Positions 12,633 to 23,233 are shown, counted from the first letter of the stretch. The stretch is 64,000 bases of DNA from Candidatus Saccharimonadia bacterium (GCA_046597065.1 JBKJLI010000003.1:2807-66806), one strand, 5' to 3'. The notes: generated by a model from the letters alone, not told the origin. Numbers and translations: made by a program.

Positions 12633-12655
12633 TTTTGATACTCATACAATCCGGC

Positions 12656-13360
12656 TCATGCCACCAGTTGTTTAGTGTTATTGGCTCTAACATTAGGATC
12701 TAACTTATAGCCAATACCATGTATGGTTTGAATTAACTTGATTTCAAAAGGTCGATCAACTTTGTCTCGCAAGTATTTGATGTGTACATCGATTGCATTG
12801 GTCCAAAGATTATCATTCATATCCCATACGTGATCTAATATCATCTGCCGGGTTAAAGACTTGCCGTTATTAAGCATCAGATACTCTAGTAAATCAAACT
12901 CTTTGCGCCTTAAACTTAGCTCGATGCCATCTCTTGAGCAGGTACGGTTAGCCGAATCCAAGATTAAGCCTCCAACTGATATTTCGCTGGAGGTTATGTT
13001 AGCACTTTCGCGTCTTAGAAGGGCTCGAATTCTAGCCTTCAACTCTTCAAGGCTGAATGGTTTTGTTAGGTAATCATCCGCACCCAAATCTAATAGTGAA
13101 ACCTTTTCATCAATCTCGACCATGCCCGTTAATATAAGGATTGGAGTTGAGTTACCATTTGATCGTAAGTCTTTACAAACTGATTTGCCTGGCTTATCTG
13201 GCAGGTCAAGGTCCAGTAAAATTACATCGTACTCACTAGTATCTAGGTAGCTATAACCTTCTTCCGCTGTTGCCGCGGCGTCAATTATATAGCTGTTTCT
13301 AAGCCCTCTTTTTAATGCGGAGCTCACATATTTATCATCTTCAATGAGTAAAATTCTCAT
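12656..13360 (-). CDS. OmpR/PhoB-family response regulator
   Basis: RILLIEDD, DLDLP, GADDYLTKPF, winged helix DVHIKYLRDKVD..TIHGIGY. Confidence 0.95.
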   Translation of the reverse strand: MRILLIEDDKYVSSALKRGLRNSYIIDAAATAEEGYSYLDTSEYDVILLDLDLPDKPGKSVCKDLRSNGNSTPILILTGMVEIDEKVSLLDLGADDYLTKPFSLEELKARIRALLRRESANITSSEISVGGLILDSANRTCSRDGIELSLRRKEFDLLEYLMLNNGKSLTRQMILDHVWDMNDNLWTNAIDVHIKYLRDKVDRPFEIKLIQTIHGIGYKLDPNVRANNTKQLVA

Positions 13361-13614
13361 GATTGCCTTTCCTTAATGTTATTGTGGCAGCCCATTGTTA
13401 AATATTTATTAAATTCTTTCCTTGTTATTCTATTGCCTCCCACATGAGCTGTTCATATTGCGATAATACAGATTGAAGATTAATTATTCCTTTACTATGC
13501 CACTTTTTATAAACTGTTAAGTAAATAAAAAACGCCTATCGCGCTTTTTTCTTAACATAAACAATACAGATTAGACTAGATAATACTCATAATGATTAGT
13601 GAAGCAGAGTTAGC

Positions 13615-13878
13615 CTACAGGACTGAATGAAGCCATAAAAAGGTCAGGGCCCCAACAGCCATTACGCCGCGAATTGATTCTAATACTAGGGTCTGACCGG
13701 TATGGCGGGCATTGGCCAAAACGATAATGCCAATGGCGCCGACTAAATTCAAAAAGTGATACCAAGCACTATCAACCGAAATCGCATTAAAAGTTGTTAA
13801 ACCGTAAGCGAGCAATATTGCAAACGCTCCAATCCAGCCGATTTCATCTATTATGCGATTCTTGGCACTTTTACTCAT
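13615..13878 (-). CDS. Small 3-TM membrane protein (CBU_0592-like)
   Basis: IGWIGA..ILLAY, YHFLNLVGAIG; start moved to ATG 13878, which lies 6 nt after TGGTATGAT. Confidence 0.6.
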   Translation of the reverse strand: MSKSAKNRIIDEIGWIGAFAILLAYGLTTFNAISVDSAWYHFLNLVGAIGIIVLANARHTGQTLVLESIRGVMAVGALTFLWLHSVL

Positions 13879-13929
13879 AGCGTAATCATACCAAAGCATA
13901 AGCAGTTACCCAGTAAGTTATAATATTTA

Positions 13930-15165
13930 TTGAATAATTTAATACTCAATCAACCAAGGAGCCGCGTGGCCACCCCTAAATCTGCAGACCATTCCCGACC
14001 ATACTTGGTAATCCCAAAACTAATTGAACAGCCTACTTGGGGTGGCAGCTACATAGCCACAGCCAAGGGCTGGCACAGTCGTCCGCTACTGGCTAATCGT
14101 AAGATTGGACAGTCCTATGAGCTATTTTCTGGCAGCAACCTGTCGCTGGCTAAGGACTCTAGGGACTTAAATTTTATCGGCGAACTAACCGATCGAGACG
14201 CCGTGCAACTCCCGACAAAGGTTTCAAAAACCGTTTCATTAGCCGACCTATTAGCGATATCGCCGACTGAAGTACTTGGCAAAACCATTGCCAAACGCAC
14301 TGGCAACCAGATGCAACTATTAATTAAGTTTACTCAAGCTAGGGGAAATTCATTCCAGCTACACCTAAAAGACGGTGAATCTCACCCCCGATGGACTCCT
14401 AAACCCGAGTCATGGTACTTTTTTGAACCCGGCATTGCCACGCTGGGAGTTAAGCAGAATATCGACTGGCAAGCCTACGAAAGCGCAACCTACCAACTAG
14501 ATCAGGACATTAGATCTATCGGGCACAGGCTGGCATGCAATGAAATAAGCCATGCCAAAGCACTGAAAGAAGTTAATGAACACCTCAACGCAACCAACCC
14601 CCATCAACACGTAAACTTGGTTCATGTACCCAAGAACCAGTTACTAGATTTAACCGCCGGTGGAGTTCATCATTCCTGGGAGGAAGACGACCAAGCGGCG
14701 CCACTGGGAAATGTTTTATATGAGCTACAGTTAGAGGCTATGGATGATGTTTCAACTCTGCGAAGCTTTGATAAGGGGCAAATGGGGCCAGACGGATCCA
14801 CGCGAGATCTGCACATTAAAGATTATTTCGATATTATTGATCGCTCACCTGCTGCTAACGAACCAAAAACCTACCTGCGCCAACCACAGCAAATTATTAC
14901 CGGCAGCGATTATACTCTCGACCAGCTAATGAACAGCTCCTATTATGGCCTCGACCGTCTTAACTTCCACGATTCCAAAGCCATATATACTCGCAATATT
15001 GATCAGTTTAACCACGTATTCGTTAAAAATGGTCGGATTAAACTTTCAGCTGGCGATGTTGAACTAACTATTACCGGCGGGCATTCAGCTTTCATACCGG
15101 CAGTAGTCAAAAATTACGCTATCAGTGCCCAAACTCCCGACACTGAAGTATTAATTAGTTACTGA
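13930..15165 (+). CDS. Cupin, mannose-6-phosphate isomerase class I-like
   Basis: PTWGG, LLIKF...SFQLH, KPESWY, HHSW, LYELQ. Confidence 0.7.
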   Translation: MNNLILNQPRSRVATPKSADHSRPYLVIPKLIEQPTWGGSYIATAKGWHSRPLLANRKIGQSYELFSGSNLSLAKDSRDLNFIGELTDRDAVQLPTKVSKTVSLADLLAISPTEVLGKTIAKRTGNQMQLLIKFTQARGNSFQLHLKDGESHPRWTPKPESWYFFEPGIATLGVKQNIDWQAYESATYQLDQDIRSIGHRLACNEISHAKALKEVNEHLNATNPHQHVNLVHVPKNQLLDLTAGGVHHSWEEDDQAAPLGNVLYELQLEAMDDVSTLRSFDKGQMGPDGSTRDLHIKDYFDIIDRSPAANEPKTYLRQPQQIITGSDYTLDQLMNSSYYGLDRLNFHDSKAIYTRNIDQFNHVFVKNGRIKLSAGDVELTITGGHSAFIPAVVKNYAISAQTPDTEVLISY

Positions 15166-15189
15166 GTTATAATCATAAATAGGAATTTT

Positions 15190-15756
15190 ATGGATACATC
15201 AAGATTAGAGGCATTCAGCGACGGCGTACTAGCAATAATCATTACCATCATGGTGCTCGAAATTGTACCCCCCGGTGGTCATGATTTAAATGACTGGCAG
15301 GCCGTTGTACCCAAGCTAGTTGCCTACGTGTTTAGCTTTTTGGTCATCGCCATTTATTGGAACAACCATCACCACCTACTTAAAGCCACAAAAAATATCT
15401 CGACCGGTGTAATGTGGGCCAATATGCATCTGCTATTTTGGCTTTCTTTGGTTCCGGTTGCTACCGTTTGGGTCGGCGAGCATGAAAACTATTTGCACCA
15501 GGGCCCAGTAGCATTTTACGCATTCATTGGTTTTATGGCAGGAAGTGCATATTACATTCTGACCCGTACAATCATTAAGGCTAACCCAAGCAGCGACCTA
15601 TTGGTTAGGATCGGTAAAGACAAAAAAGGTTTGATAACTGAAATGATTTACCTCCTTAGCTTGATCATTGTTCTGTTTCAGCCTGTAATTTCGTTGGTGC
15701 TAATTGCCATGTCGGCACTAATCTGGCTGATACCCGACCGACGGCTAACCAGATAA
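15190..15756 (+). CDS. TMEM175-family K+ channel
   Basis: RLEAFSDGVLAIIITIMVLEI, YWNNHHH, PDRR. Confidence 0.92.
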   Translation: MDTSRLEAFSDGVLAIIITIMVLEIVPPGGHDLNDWQAVVPKLVAYVFSFLVIAIYWNNHHHLLKATKNISTGVMWANMHLLFWLSLVPVATVWVGEHENYLHQGPVAFYAFIGFMAGSAYYILTRTIIKANPSSDLLVRIGKDKKGLITEMIYLLSLIIVLFQPVISLVLIAMSALIWLIPDRRLTR

Positions 15757-15766
15757 TTGATAAAAA

Positions 15767-16684
15767 CTATTTCCCGTATGGATCGTCGGGCATACTTAAG
15801 GCTTTACCTTTTTTGAACTGCTTTTGTTCGGCACCAATTACGGCTTTGTAAAAAAAGTCATCATAGCCCTTTTTGGCAACGTTGGGAGTTATTGGATAGT
15901 TCATTCGCAAAATAAAGGTCGTTATTTTAAAACCCAAACGCTGATGCGGACCAAATCTTAAGTGATACATTCGGCGGATCGGCTTTGGTAAAACGCCTAG
16001 TAAAATAATGTTCATGATGCCCCGCAGCGGCAAAGCTATAACCGGTACTGGCACATTAAAGCAAATTTGCTTGCCCACCCTGCGGGCCGATTTGGTAAGT
16101 GCCAGTTCATCGCCATGCAGTCGGCCGTTAAAATACTCCCGAAACTCTGGGTAAGTCTGCGGCGCTACCGAACGCGGCATACCGAACAGTTCGCCCAAAT
16201 AAATATAGTCCTGCCACAGCCGTTCTTTTTCATCATCAGTTAACTCGCGCACCAGCAGCTCAAATAGCACCAACGCCGAATCGGCAATGCAGGCTATCGT
16301 CCATAGCATCATGCTGGGATCAAAAGCCGAGTAATGCGTGCCGGCCTGATAGCCACCAACCTCTTTAATCAACTCACCTTTTACACGCGTATGAAGCTCC
16401 GCCACATGCTTTAGCAATGCATCGGCTGTAGCTTTATCACCAAAAAAGACCGCTTCAAACGATTCGGCGGTGCGGGCCAGCCTTTTAAAAGGTAAGTGTC
16501 GATCGCGCGTATGCTCATTTGACCCAACATAGTTACGCGGGTCGGTACCTCCAATTAATAAAGCGCGTTGGCCATATAGTAGCCCAACGATCCTATTAGA
16601 ATGCACCAGCCGCAACATCGATGTCGCTTCCGGAAAATAACCGGCGGCGGTTGGGGTTTTAGATGCAGTTTGGTGATTTTTCAT
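15767..16684 (-). CDS. MpaB/DUF2236-type oxygenase-like protein
   Basis: GQRALL, RLART, LHTRVKG, YSAFDP...LW, GELFGMP..P.T..F..Y. Confidence 0.8.
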   Translation of the reverse strand: MKNHQTASKTPTAAGYFPEATSMLRLVHSNRIVGLLYGQRALLIGGTDPRNYVGSNEHTRDRHLPFKRLARTAESFEAVFFGDKATADALLKHVAELHTRVKGELIKEVGGYQAGTHYSAFDPSMMLWTIACIADSALVLFELLVRELTDDEKERLWQDYIYLGELFGMPRSVAPQTYPEFREYFNGRLHGDELALTKSARRVGKQICFNVPVPVIALPLRGIMNIILLGVLPKPIRRMYHLRFGPHQRLGFKITTFILRMNYPITPNVAKKGYDDFFYKAVIGAEQKQFKKGKALSMPDDPYGK

Positions 16685-16690
16685 GGCTAT

Positions 16691-17833
16691 CTATTTTTTC
16701 ATCAACGCCCAAACCCGACGGGCTATTTCGCCGGCTTCGTCGGTTGCAACCACAAGTACCGGCTTCGCTGCATTGGCATCTGGCGATAATCCCAGATAGC
16801 TTAAACCGTTCATTATATGGTGGCGTAAGATTGCCGATCGCTCGCCAATAGTTCCAGTAAATACCACAGCATCAACGCCATCTAGCGCAGCCACCATCTG
16901 ACCGATCATTTTTTGGATAGAGTAAACATAAATGCTTAGTTGCAAGCGGGCTTTTGGCTCGCCGGCATGGTTGCGATCAAGCAAATCGCGTAAGTCAGCT
17001 GAAAGCCCAGTTAGCCCCAACAAACCGGAATTGGTACTAAGATACTTTTCTAAACCATCGTCACTTAAATTTAAATGCTGCTTAATCGCCAAGGCCGCCG
17101 ATATATCCAGACTGCCACTGCGCGTGGCCATGATCAACCCCTCTAGTGGTGAGTACCCCATGCTGGTATCAACACTTTTGCCGTCACGAAGTGCCGTCAC
17201 GCTAGAGCCGCTTCCAAGATGGCAAACCACCAACTTTGACGCCAGTTGATGTTCGGCTTGCAGTTTAAGCACCACTGCGGCAACCGAAATGCCATGATAG
17301 CCATAGCGCTTAATACCCGCCTCACTTGCCAGACCCATGGGTACGCCATAATACCAGGCCGGCGAGGCTTTAGTTAAATGAAAGGCGCTATCAGAAATAC
17401 CATAAAAGTTCGCCCCTCTAAACTCACTCTGCAAAGCTTTGAGCTCGCGAAGTGTCGCCTCGATATGTAATGGGGCTTGCTCATGGGCAGCTTTAAGCTG
17501 ATCATGAACGTGCTGGGTAATCAAATGGTCTTGAGTAAAAAAGTCCCCTGGCGCTACCACTCTTAAACCAATGTGATCAACACTTTTATCATCGCCCACT
17601 CCCGCATACTTTTCGAGCAGCGCCGGCAGCACTCGTGCCGCCTGTTTAACGCTTTCAAGCTTGGTTCCAATAGTTTTTTTAAGTCTTGGCGAACGCAGGT
17701 TGCAAACTACCTGCTTACCGACATTTTCAAAATGCAGCTCCAGAAGACTTTGCTCATCGCCTCCGCGGTATAGCGCATACTTGCAGCTGGCGCTACCAGG
17801 ATTAGAAACTAAAATTAACCCCGCCACTGCCAC
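16691..17833 (-). CDS. ackA: Acetate kinase
   Basis: NPGSASCKY, APLH, DSAFH, RYGYHGIS, HLGSGSS, DTSMG.SPLEGL.MATRSG, FTGTIGE. Confidence 0.92.
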   Translation of the reverse strand: MAVAGLILVSNPGSASCKYALYRGGDEQSLLELHFENVGKQVVCNLRSPRLKKTIGTKLESVKQAARVLPALLEKYAGVGDDKSVDHIGLRVVAPGDFFTQDHLITQHVHDQLKAAHEQAPLHIEATLRELKALQSEFRGANFYGISDSAFHLTKASPAWYYGVPMGLASEAGIKRYGYHGISVAAVVLKLQAEHQLASKLVVCHLGSGSSVTALRDGKSVDTSMGYSPLEGLIMATRSGSLDISAALAIKQHLNLSDDGLEKYLSTNSGLLGLTGLSADLRDLLDRNHAGEPKARLQLSIYVYSIQKMIGQMVAALDGVDAVVFTGTIGERSAILRHHIMNGLSYLGLSPDANAAKPVLVVATDEAGEIARRVWALMKK

Positions 17834-20145
17834 GCGTCGATCCCGGGCATATCGATGCCATTAATTTTTATATACTCGGTGTTCTCATCGATCATCTGCT
17901 GGTACTTAGACACCAAATGGCGCGACTCTTCAAAGGGCATGCGCTCTTGTTCGGCTAACTTTTCAAAAATGGCGATCGCAATGTGGTAGCGACTAGTGCG
18001 ATTACGCACATGCATGTCAAACGGGGTAGTAGTCGAGCCACTTTCTACATAGCCGCGCACATCAAAGCGATTTGGGTGATGGGTGTAGTTAAACAGAATT
18101 GCTTTAAAGGTTTCGGGATAGCCGTGAAAGTTGCAAATTACCGGCTTGGTGGCGGTAAAGCAGGCCTCAAACTCCTCACGATTTAAGATTGAGCCGCCTT
18201 GGCCCAAGCCGGTACTTGTCAGCGAACTAACGTTGACGCAGCGCAAGCGCGCAGCCGGTACTTCTTGTTTAGCCAGAGCAATTGCTGCCAATATTTCTTT
18301 GGTGGTGTAGTCGCCGATCCCAGCCAGAACCACGTCGGGGTGCTCATCGCTCGCGAAATCCCAAATCATTACCCCTGCCTTTAGTTGTTTACGAGCTAGA
18401 TCAGGAGTTAACCAGCGTGGCTCTTGGGTTTTACCAGCTACCAAAATGTTAATCTGTCGGGTGGTTTGTAGCATGTGCTCTAGCACCACTAAGGTTGAGT
18501 TGCCGCAGGGTGGAAAGTATACGTTTACAAAGTCGCCTTGACGTCGCAAGGCGTCATCAATAAAGCCGGGGTTTTGGTGTGAAAAGCCATTGTGGTCTTG
18601 GCGCCAACCCGAGGATGTCAAAATGTAGTTAAGCGAGGGGATGGCCCCGCGCCACTGCACCTGTATAGACTGGTTTAAAAACTTGGCAAACTGGTCCATC
18701 ATACTTACCACTACCTGCACAAAGGCCTCATAAGAGGCAAAAACGGCATGTCGACCGGTTAGCACGTAACCTTGAGCCAAGCCCTGCAAGTTATGCTCGC
18801 TTAACATCTCCATTACCCGTCCATCTGGCGCCATATCTTTATCCCACGACTCGCTAGGCCACACCCAGGCCCTTTTGGTTTGACCAAAAACCGCATCTAA
18901 CTTGTTTGAATAAGTTTCATCTGGTGACATCATCCGAAAATTTTTGGTGGCATGATTTAAGCGAAAGACTTCTTCTAAATACAGGCCGGCCCGGCGCATA
19001 CTACTAGAGCCAACCGTACCCGGAATGCTTGCATCTTCGGCAAACTTGTCGGCAGCCGGAAGCTTTAACGGGGTATAAATACCCTCTCCGCCATTAGCAT
19101 ATGGCCGGTTTCCAATGCGTAAACTTTCGGCTGGCATGATGGCATCTACAAACTCGCCAAAACCGTGCGACCGCGTAAACAGCTCCTCGATTTTGTACGA
19201 GCGCAGCCATTGATCTAACATTTTTAACTGTTTTGGGTCGCTCTTGGCTTCAGTTAAGACAACTTGGTGCGAGGCGTAGTTGCCCTCAATTTTTAAGCCA
19301 TCCAATTCCTTAACGCCGCTCCAACCCTTAAGCGTTCGCATAATGATCATGGGCATATGCACCGGTTGGCCGGGCTTGGTGCCCTTAATCACTTGAATTG
19401 TGGCATGAGCCCAATCTAAGGTAGCTTCCATTTGAGTATGTAAATCGTTACCGCTAACTATCCGTGGTTGATAGCCGTAACCGCTAAATAATGAAGTTAG
19501 TTCCTCGTCGCTCATACGCCCAAAAATGGTTGGCGCCGAAATTTTATAGCCATTTAAATGCAGAATTGGCAGTACCGCTCCGTTAGTTCGGGGGTCTATT
19601 AGCTTATTTAAATGCCAAGCACCAGCCGCTGGCCCAGTTTCGGCCTCACCGTCACCTACCAGACAGGCAACTAACAGTTCCGGCCGGTCCATGGCGGCTC
19701 CATAGGCATTTGATAACGAATAGCCTAACTCGCCGCCCTCTAAAATCACTCCAGGCGTACCGGGGTTACTATGGCTAGGAAAGCCGTAGGGCCAGCTAAA
19801 CTTACGGCATAAATAACCAATGCCTTCATAGGTGTTAGTGGCCTCCGGATAATAATTTTGCAAAGTGCCTTCCATAAACAAATTGGCTTGCAGCGCCGGA
19901 AAGGCGTGTCCGGGGCCCAATACAAACATTGAATCTTGATTGTGCTTTTTAACCAGCCGGCTTAAATGGCTGTATGCAAAACTAACACCGGGCCCGGAGC
20001 CCCAGTGGCCAAGCAAGCGCGGCTTGATGTGCTCGGCTTTAAGTGGCTGTTCTAGTAAAAAATTATCTTGCAGAAATATTTGAGCCGCCGTTAAGTAGTT
20101 GGCCGCCCGTAAATACTTTTCTAATGATTGCTTTGAATCTGACAT
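17815..20145 (-). CDS. xfp: Xylulose-5P/fructose-6P phosphoketolase
   Basis: KPRLLGHWG, EGGELGY, GDGEAETG, SPDET.SN, RQDHNGFSHQ.PG. Confidence 0.95.
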   Translation of the reverse strand: MSDSKQSLEKYLRAANYLTAAQIFLQDNFLLEQPLKAEHIKPRLLGHWGSGPGVSFAYSHLSRLVKKHNQDSMFVLGPGHAFPALQANLFMEGTLQNYYPEATNTYEGIGYLCRKFSWPYGFPSHSNPGTPGVILEGGELGYSLSNAYGAAMDRPELLVACLVGDGEAETGPAAGAWHLNKLIDPRTNGAVLPILHLNGYKISAPTIFGRMSDEELTSLFSGYGYQPRIVSGNDLHTQMEATLDWAHATIQVIKGTKPGQPVHMPMIIMRTLKGWSGVKELDGLKIEGNYASHQVVLTEAKSDPKQLKMLDQWLRSYKIEELFTRSHGFGEFVDAIMPAESLRIGNRPYANGGEGIYTPLKLPAADKFAEDASIPGTVGSSSMRRAGLYLEEVFRLNHATKNFRMMSPDETYSNKLDAVFGQTKRAWVWPSESWDKDMAPDGRVMEMLSEHNLQGLAQGYVLTGRHAVFASYEAFVQVVVSMMDQFAKFLNQSIQVQWRGAIPSLNYILTSSGWRQDHNGFSHQNPGFIDDALRRQGDFVNVYFPPCGNSTLVVLEHMLQTTRQINILVAGKTQEPRWLTPDLARKQLKAGVMIWDFASDEHPDVVLAGIGDYTTKEILAAIALAKQEVPAARLRCVNVSSLTSTGLGQGGSILNREEFEACFTATKPVICNFHGYPETFKAILFNYTHHPNRFDVRGYVESGSTTTPFDMHVRNRTSRYHIAIAIFEKLAEQERMPFEESRHLVSKYQQMIDENTEYIKINGIDMPGIDAWQWRG

Positions 20146-20206
20146 GCTTATGCTTATTGTAGTTAGCTATTAGGTTGCTAGCAACTGACAACATGCACGT
20201 AGGGGC

Positions 20207-20482
20207 CTAAGTAAAATGGCCTACAAGCAACCCAAGCATCACAATTACCCCTAAAAGACGGCGTGCAAGCGTGCTGCCGTCACTAATTTCTAGATATGCC
20301 CAAGTAAACAGAAAAGCTGCGCCCAGCCAACCAATGCCGTTTTTTAAGCTTCCGTCTGCTAAAAAGCGTACCAATATTGCGCACATAGCCCAGCCTATTA
20401 TTGGAGCATTCGGGCTTTGAGTCACCACCACCTTGCCATGCTTGTCTTTAAATAGGCGATCAAACCAGCTTTTGGCTGCCAC
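20207..20482 (-). CDS. Small membrane protein
   Basis: 3 hydrophobic segments; Q.PNAP and TWAYLEI..G....RRLLG pattern. Confidence 0.7.
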   Translation of the reverse strand: MAAKSWFDRLFKDKHGKVVVTQSPNAPIIGWAMCAILVRFLADGSLKNGIGWLGAAFLFTWAYLEISDGSTLARRLLGVIVMLGLLVGHFT

Positions 20483-21435
20483 TAGTTACCTTCTACAATC
20501 GGCTTTATCTCCTCGTTAAAGATTTTTGAAACCATTTCGGTGTAAGTGGCAATGTTTTCTTTAAAATACTGGGGCTGACTTTTTTGAATCTGAGAAATGG
20601 TGTAATAACCAACCGCCATCATCGCGCCATAACCGGCATTTTCGGGCAGAGGCACATAAAAGCGATTTTCGGGCTTACCCCAAGTTGTGTTTTCCTCGCC
20701 AAAGCTAATAAACAACTCATCCGATGGCGCTACAGTTGTGGCATGTCGAACATTTTCAGAGGTTTCAATGTCTCTAGCGATATTGCGTCCAAATAGCTCA
20801 ATAAACTTTACGTGCAACATTCGAATAATGCCCGAAAACTGCGGCGGAATAATTAAGTAATATTTGTTGTAGCTACCAAACTCCGGCCAGTTTAGTTTAT
20901 CGGTTGAATCCAGCAGATATTTTTCGATCTCAGCCGGATCTTCGCCAGTTTCAGATAAGATCATGCCCATATAGGTAGATGCGTTATAGGTGTATGGTTC
21001 GCGGTTCTTGGGGTAGATATACTGCGCTAAATCCTCGGGCTTAGCAAAAACCTTGCTAGCCGGTGAATCGGGCGTATTGGTTATGAGCGTTACGTGTTTG
21101 CCGTATTTCTGAGCAGTCCGGGCAATGATTGGGGCATGCTTACCCCCAGATGCCGATAATAGTACTACTTCATCGATGTCTTTAATAAACTTAAGTTTTT
21201 CCTCAACATCACTTTCCGATGCATATAAAGCATTGGTGTCGCGAAAAATGATCTGACCGGCCGCCACAGCGTTACCCGAACCCACCACCAATGGCAGCTT
21301 ATAGGCATCAAGCTCCAACTTTGACAGCGGCTTTTGCTGAAACAGCTCAAGTGCCGCCAGCACAACCACATCTAAATCTGGGATCGAGTTTATGTCAAAG
21401 TTTTTTAAGGTTTCAATATGTGATGATTCTGCCAT
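20482..21435 (-). CDS. SIS-like sugar-phosphate-binding/isomerase protein
   Basis: VVGSGNA, LLSASGG, LITN..DSP; near xfp/ackA. Confidence 0.55.
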   Translation of the reverse strand: MAESSHIETLKNFDINSIPDLDVVVLAALELFQQKPLSKLELDAYKLPLVVGSGNAVAAGQIIFRDTNALYASESDVEEKLKFIKDIDEVVLLSASGGKHAPIIARTAQKYGKHVTLITNTPDSPASKVFAKPEDLAQYIYPKNREPYTYNASTYMGMILSETGEDPAEIEKYLLDSTDKLNWPEFGSYNKYYLIIPPQFSGIIRMLHVKFIELFGRNIARDIETSENVRHATTVAPSDELFISFGEENTTWGKPENRFYVPLPENAGYGAMMAVGYYTISQIQKSQPQYFKENIATYTEMVSKIFNEEIKPIVEGN

Positions 21436-21467
21436 TTAGTTATTATACCAATCGCCTGGGCTACTAG

Positions 21468-21656
21468 CTAAGTAATGTTCAAAAAGCCAAGTAGGTGGTA
21501 AACCACAAGCGCCGGCCACACCAAAGCCTCGAAAAAACCTCCCAAAAAAGCCCAGAAATTGTGGGCATGCTGGATAAAGTAAACCAGGGCACCAATAAAA
21601 CCAAGGCCGTAAACTGCGCCTCCTCCAGCTGCTTGTGATTTGTGCATACGTGACAT
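21468..21656 (-). CDS. Small 2-TM protein
   Basis: GAVYGLGFIGALVYFI..ALVWPALVVY; RBS GAGG upstream. Confidence 0.75.
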   Translation of the reverse strand: MSRMHKSQAAGGGAVYGLGFIGALVYFIQHAHNFWAFLGGFFEALVWPALVVYHLLGFLNIT

Positions 21657-21714
21657 AACAATTACCTCTTATACATTAAGTTTGCTCCAGCTAAAATTGA
21701 AACGCAAGCTGGAG

Positions 21715-21963
21715 CTATTGGCGATGCATGCAGCCAGCCCAGCAGCAAGGGCGACGCTTTCCCTCAATTAATTCCATGCGCGTTCGCTCAATATGATTTG
21801 CCCGCGTTTCCGGCCTTTTAACCGATATAGCCCAACAGATCCACTCATTTCGTGCCAGCGGCGTAAGATCTACCCAAGCCGTCCAAACGTCAGGGTCTGA
21901 CTTCAGGGCAACCCGTAAGTCTGTAGGAAGTTCGTGAACTGGCCCTGATTTAACTTTATTCAT
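21715..21963 (-). CDS. YdeI/OmpD-associated family protein
   Basis: LPTDL..AL, LTPLARNEWICW..VKR.ETR, RRPCCWAGC. Confidence 0.85.
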   Translation of the reverse strand: MNKVKSGPVHELPTDLRVALKSDPDVWTAWVDLTPLARNEWICWAISVKRPETRANHIERTRMELIEGKRRPCCWAGCMHRQ

Positions 21964-22017
21964 ATAAACCCACCAGCTATAGACTTAGTTATTTCTGTAT
22001 ACGTATCCTAGCGGCAA

Positions 22018-22659
22018 CTATTTTACCAACAGGTACCCAACCATCCAGAATTCACCGATAGATGCTGGGATGACTAATAAATCTGTTGCGGCTTTTTGGT
22101 CTGGCCATAAAACCAAAATGAATGCCGCCAAAATGTACCCTATACCGCCTAAAATTAAAAAACCCGATAGTATCTTAGGCATCTTGGCTTTGTACACAAG
22201 ATAACCCATTGGCACCAGCCACAAGCCAAAGAACAAATTAGACACCAGCCATATGGTTTCGTGAGTATTAAAAAGTCTGTAGGCAGAAGCAGCCAAATCA
22301 CCAGAAGTTGCGGCGTTCAGTGCACTTAGCCAGAAAGCCGATGATATTAATATTGCCGTAGCATTAATTAGCCCAAAAGCAGCCAGTGTTCCTGCAGCAA
22401 ATTCGTTCGTCTTTTTGAAAAGCTTATAAAACCAAATTGCCGTTAGTGCCTGGAATACTACCAGAGCTAATTCAGCTGCAATCCCAATACGTGCCAGATT
22501 CTCTTTATCAATTAAGTTAGCTAAGGTTGCGGCTGCATTGCCATCTACATAAAGCTGATTTCTGGCAAATAGAAACGAAACCACCCCCGATAAGGCTAGC
22601 CCTAGATAAAATAATCCCGTTAAGCGCTTGGTCGTGAAGAATTTTTTTATACCGTTCAT
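22018..22659 (-). CDS. DUF4386-like membrane protein
   Basis: G.FYL, V.GNAAATLAN, FFGLWL.P.GYL, GEFW...YLLVK. Confidence 0.8.
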   Translation of the reverse strand: MNGIKKFFTTKRLTGLFYLGLALSGVVSFLFARNQLYVDGNAAATLANLIDKENLARIGIAAELALVVFQALTAIWFYKLFKKTNEFAAGTLAAFGLINATAILISSAFWLSALNAATSGDLAASAYRLFNTHETIWLVSNLFFGLWLVPMGYLVYKAKMPKILSGFLILGGIGYILAAFILVLWPDQKAATDLLVIPASIGEFWMVGYLLVK

Positions 22660-22750
22660 TGTTGATATATTAACAAAATTTTCTTAATAATTATTTAATC
22701 TTAGCTCGATGCTCCCAAGCCGTTATTGAAGCTAAAACTGCAATCGCTAA

Positions 22751-23143
22751 CTAATCTCGATTAACGCTGACCAGTTTTATAATTCCCCAGACTATTAATG
22801 CGTACACCAACATCGCTACAATAGTCGCCGTTTCGAATACCGAAACGCTAATATTTCCCTGGGTAGTTGGTGTAGTAAAAATACCCAGGAATGGGGTTAC
22901 AAAAGGTTTGCTAAAAGTATAAATTGAGCTTACAAAACTATTGGCCGAATTGGCTCCTAGCATTTTAAATACAAAACGAAGTCCAAGTATTACCTCTATT
23001 GCTCCCAGCAAAAGCCAAATGGAATTTACAATCGTCCGCTGTGTCCCTGCGCTGCTAGCCGTTGAAGTACTTTTTCGCACTACTTGGGTGTCGCCTTGCT
23101 GAGTCACTTCAGTCTGATTTACGGTTTCTTCTGTATCAGCCAT
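22751..23143 (-). CDS. YggT-like membrane protein
   Basis: LGLRF.FK.LGAN..N.FV..IY....PFVTPF.GIF. Confidence 0.8.
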   Translation of the reverse strand: MADTEETVNQTEVTQQGDTQVVRKSTSTASSAGTQRTIVNSIWLLLGAIEVILGLRFVFKMLGANSANSFVSSIYTFSKPFVTPFLGIFTTPTTQGNISVSVFETATIVAMLVYALIVWGIIKLVSVNRD

Positions 23144-23233
23144 GTCACACTCCTTGGTTATAAAGTTTCTTAAACTCTAATATAATTATACTCCTGTTGG
23201 TAAAGAGTTAAATTAACCGAATTATCATTGCGG

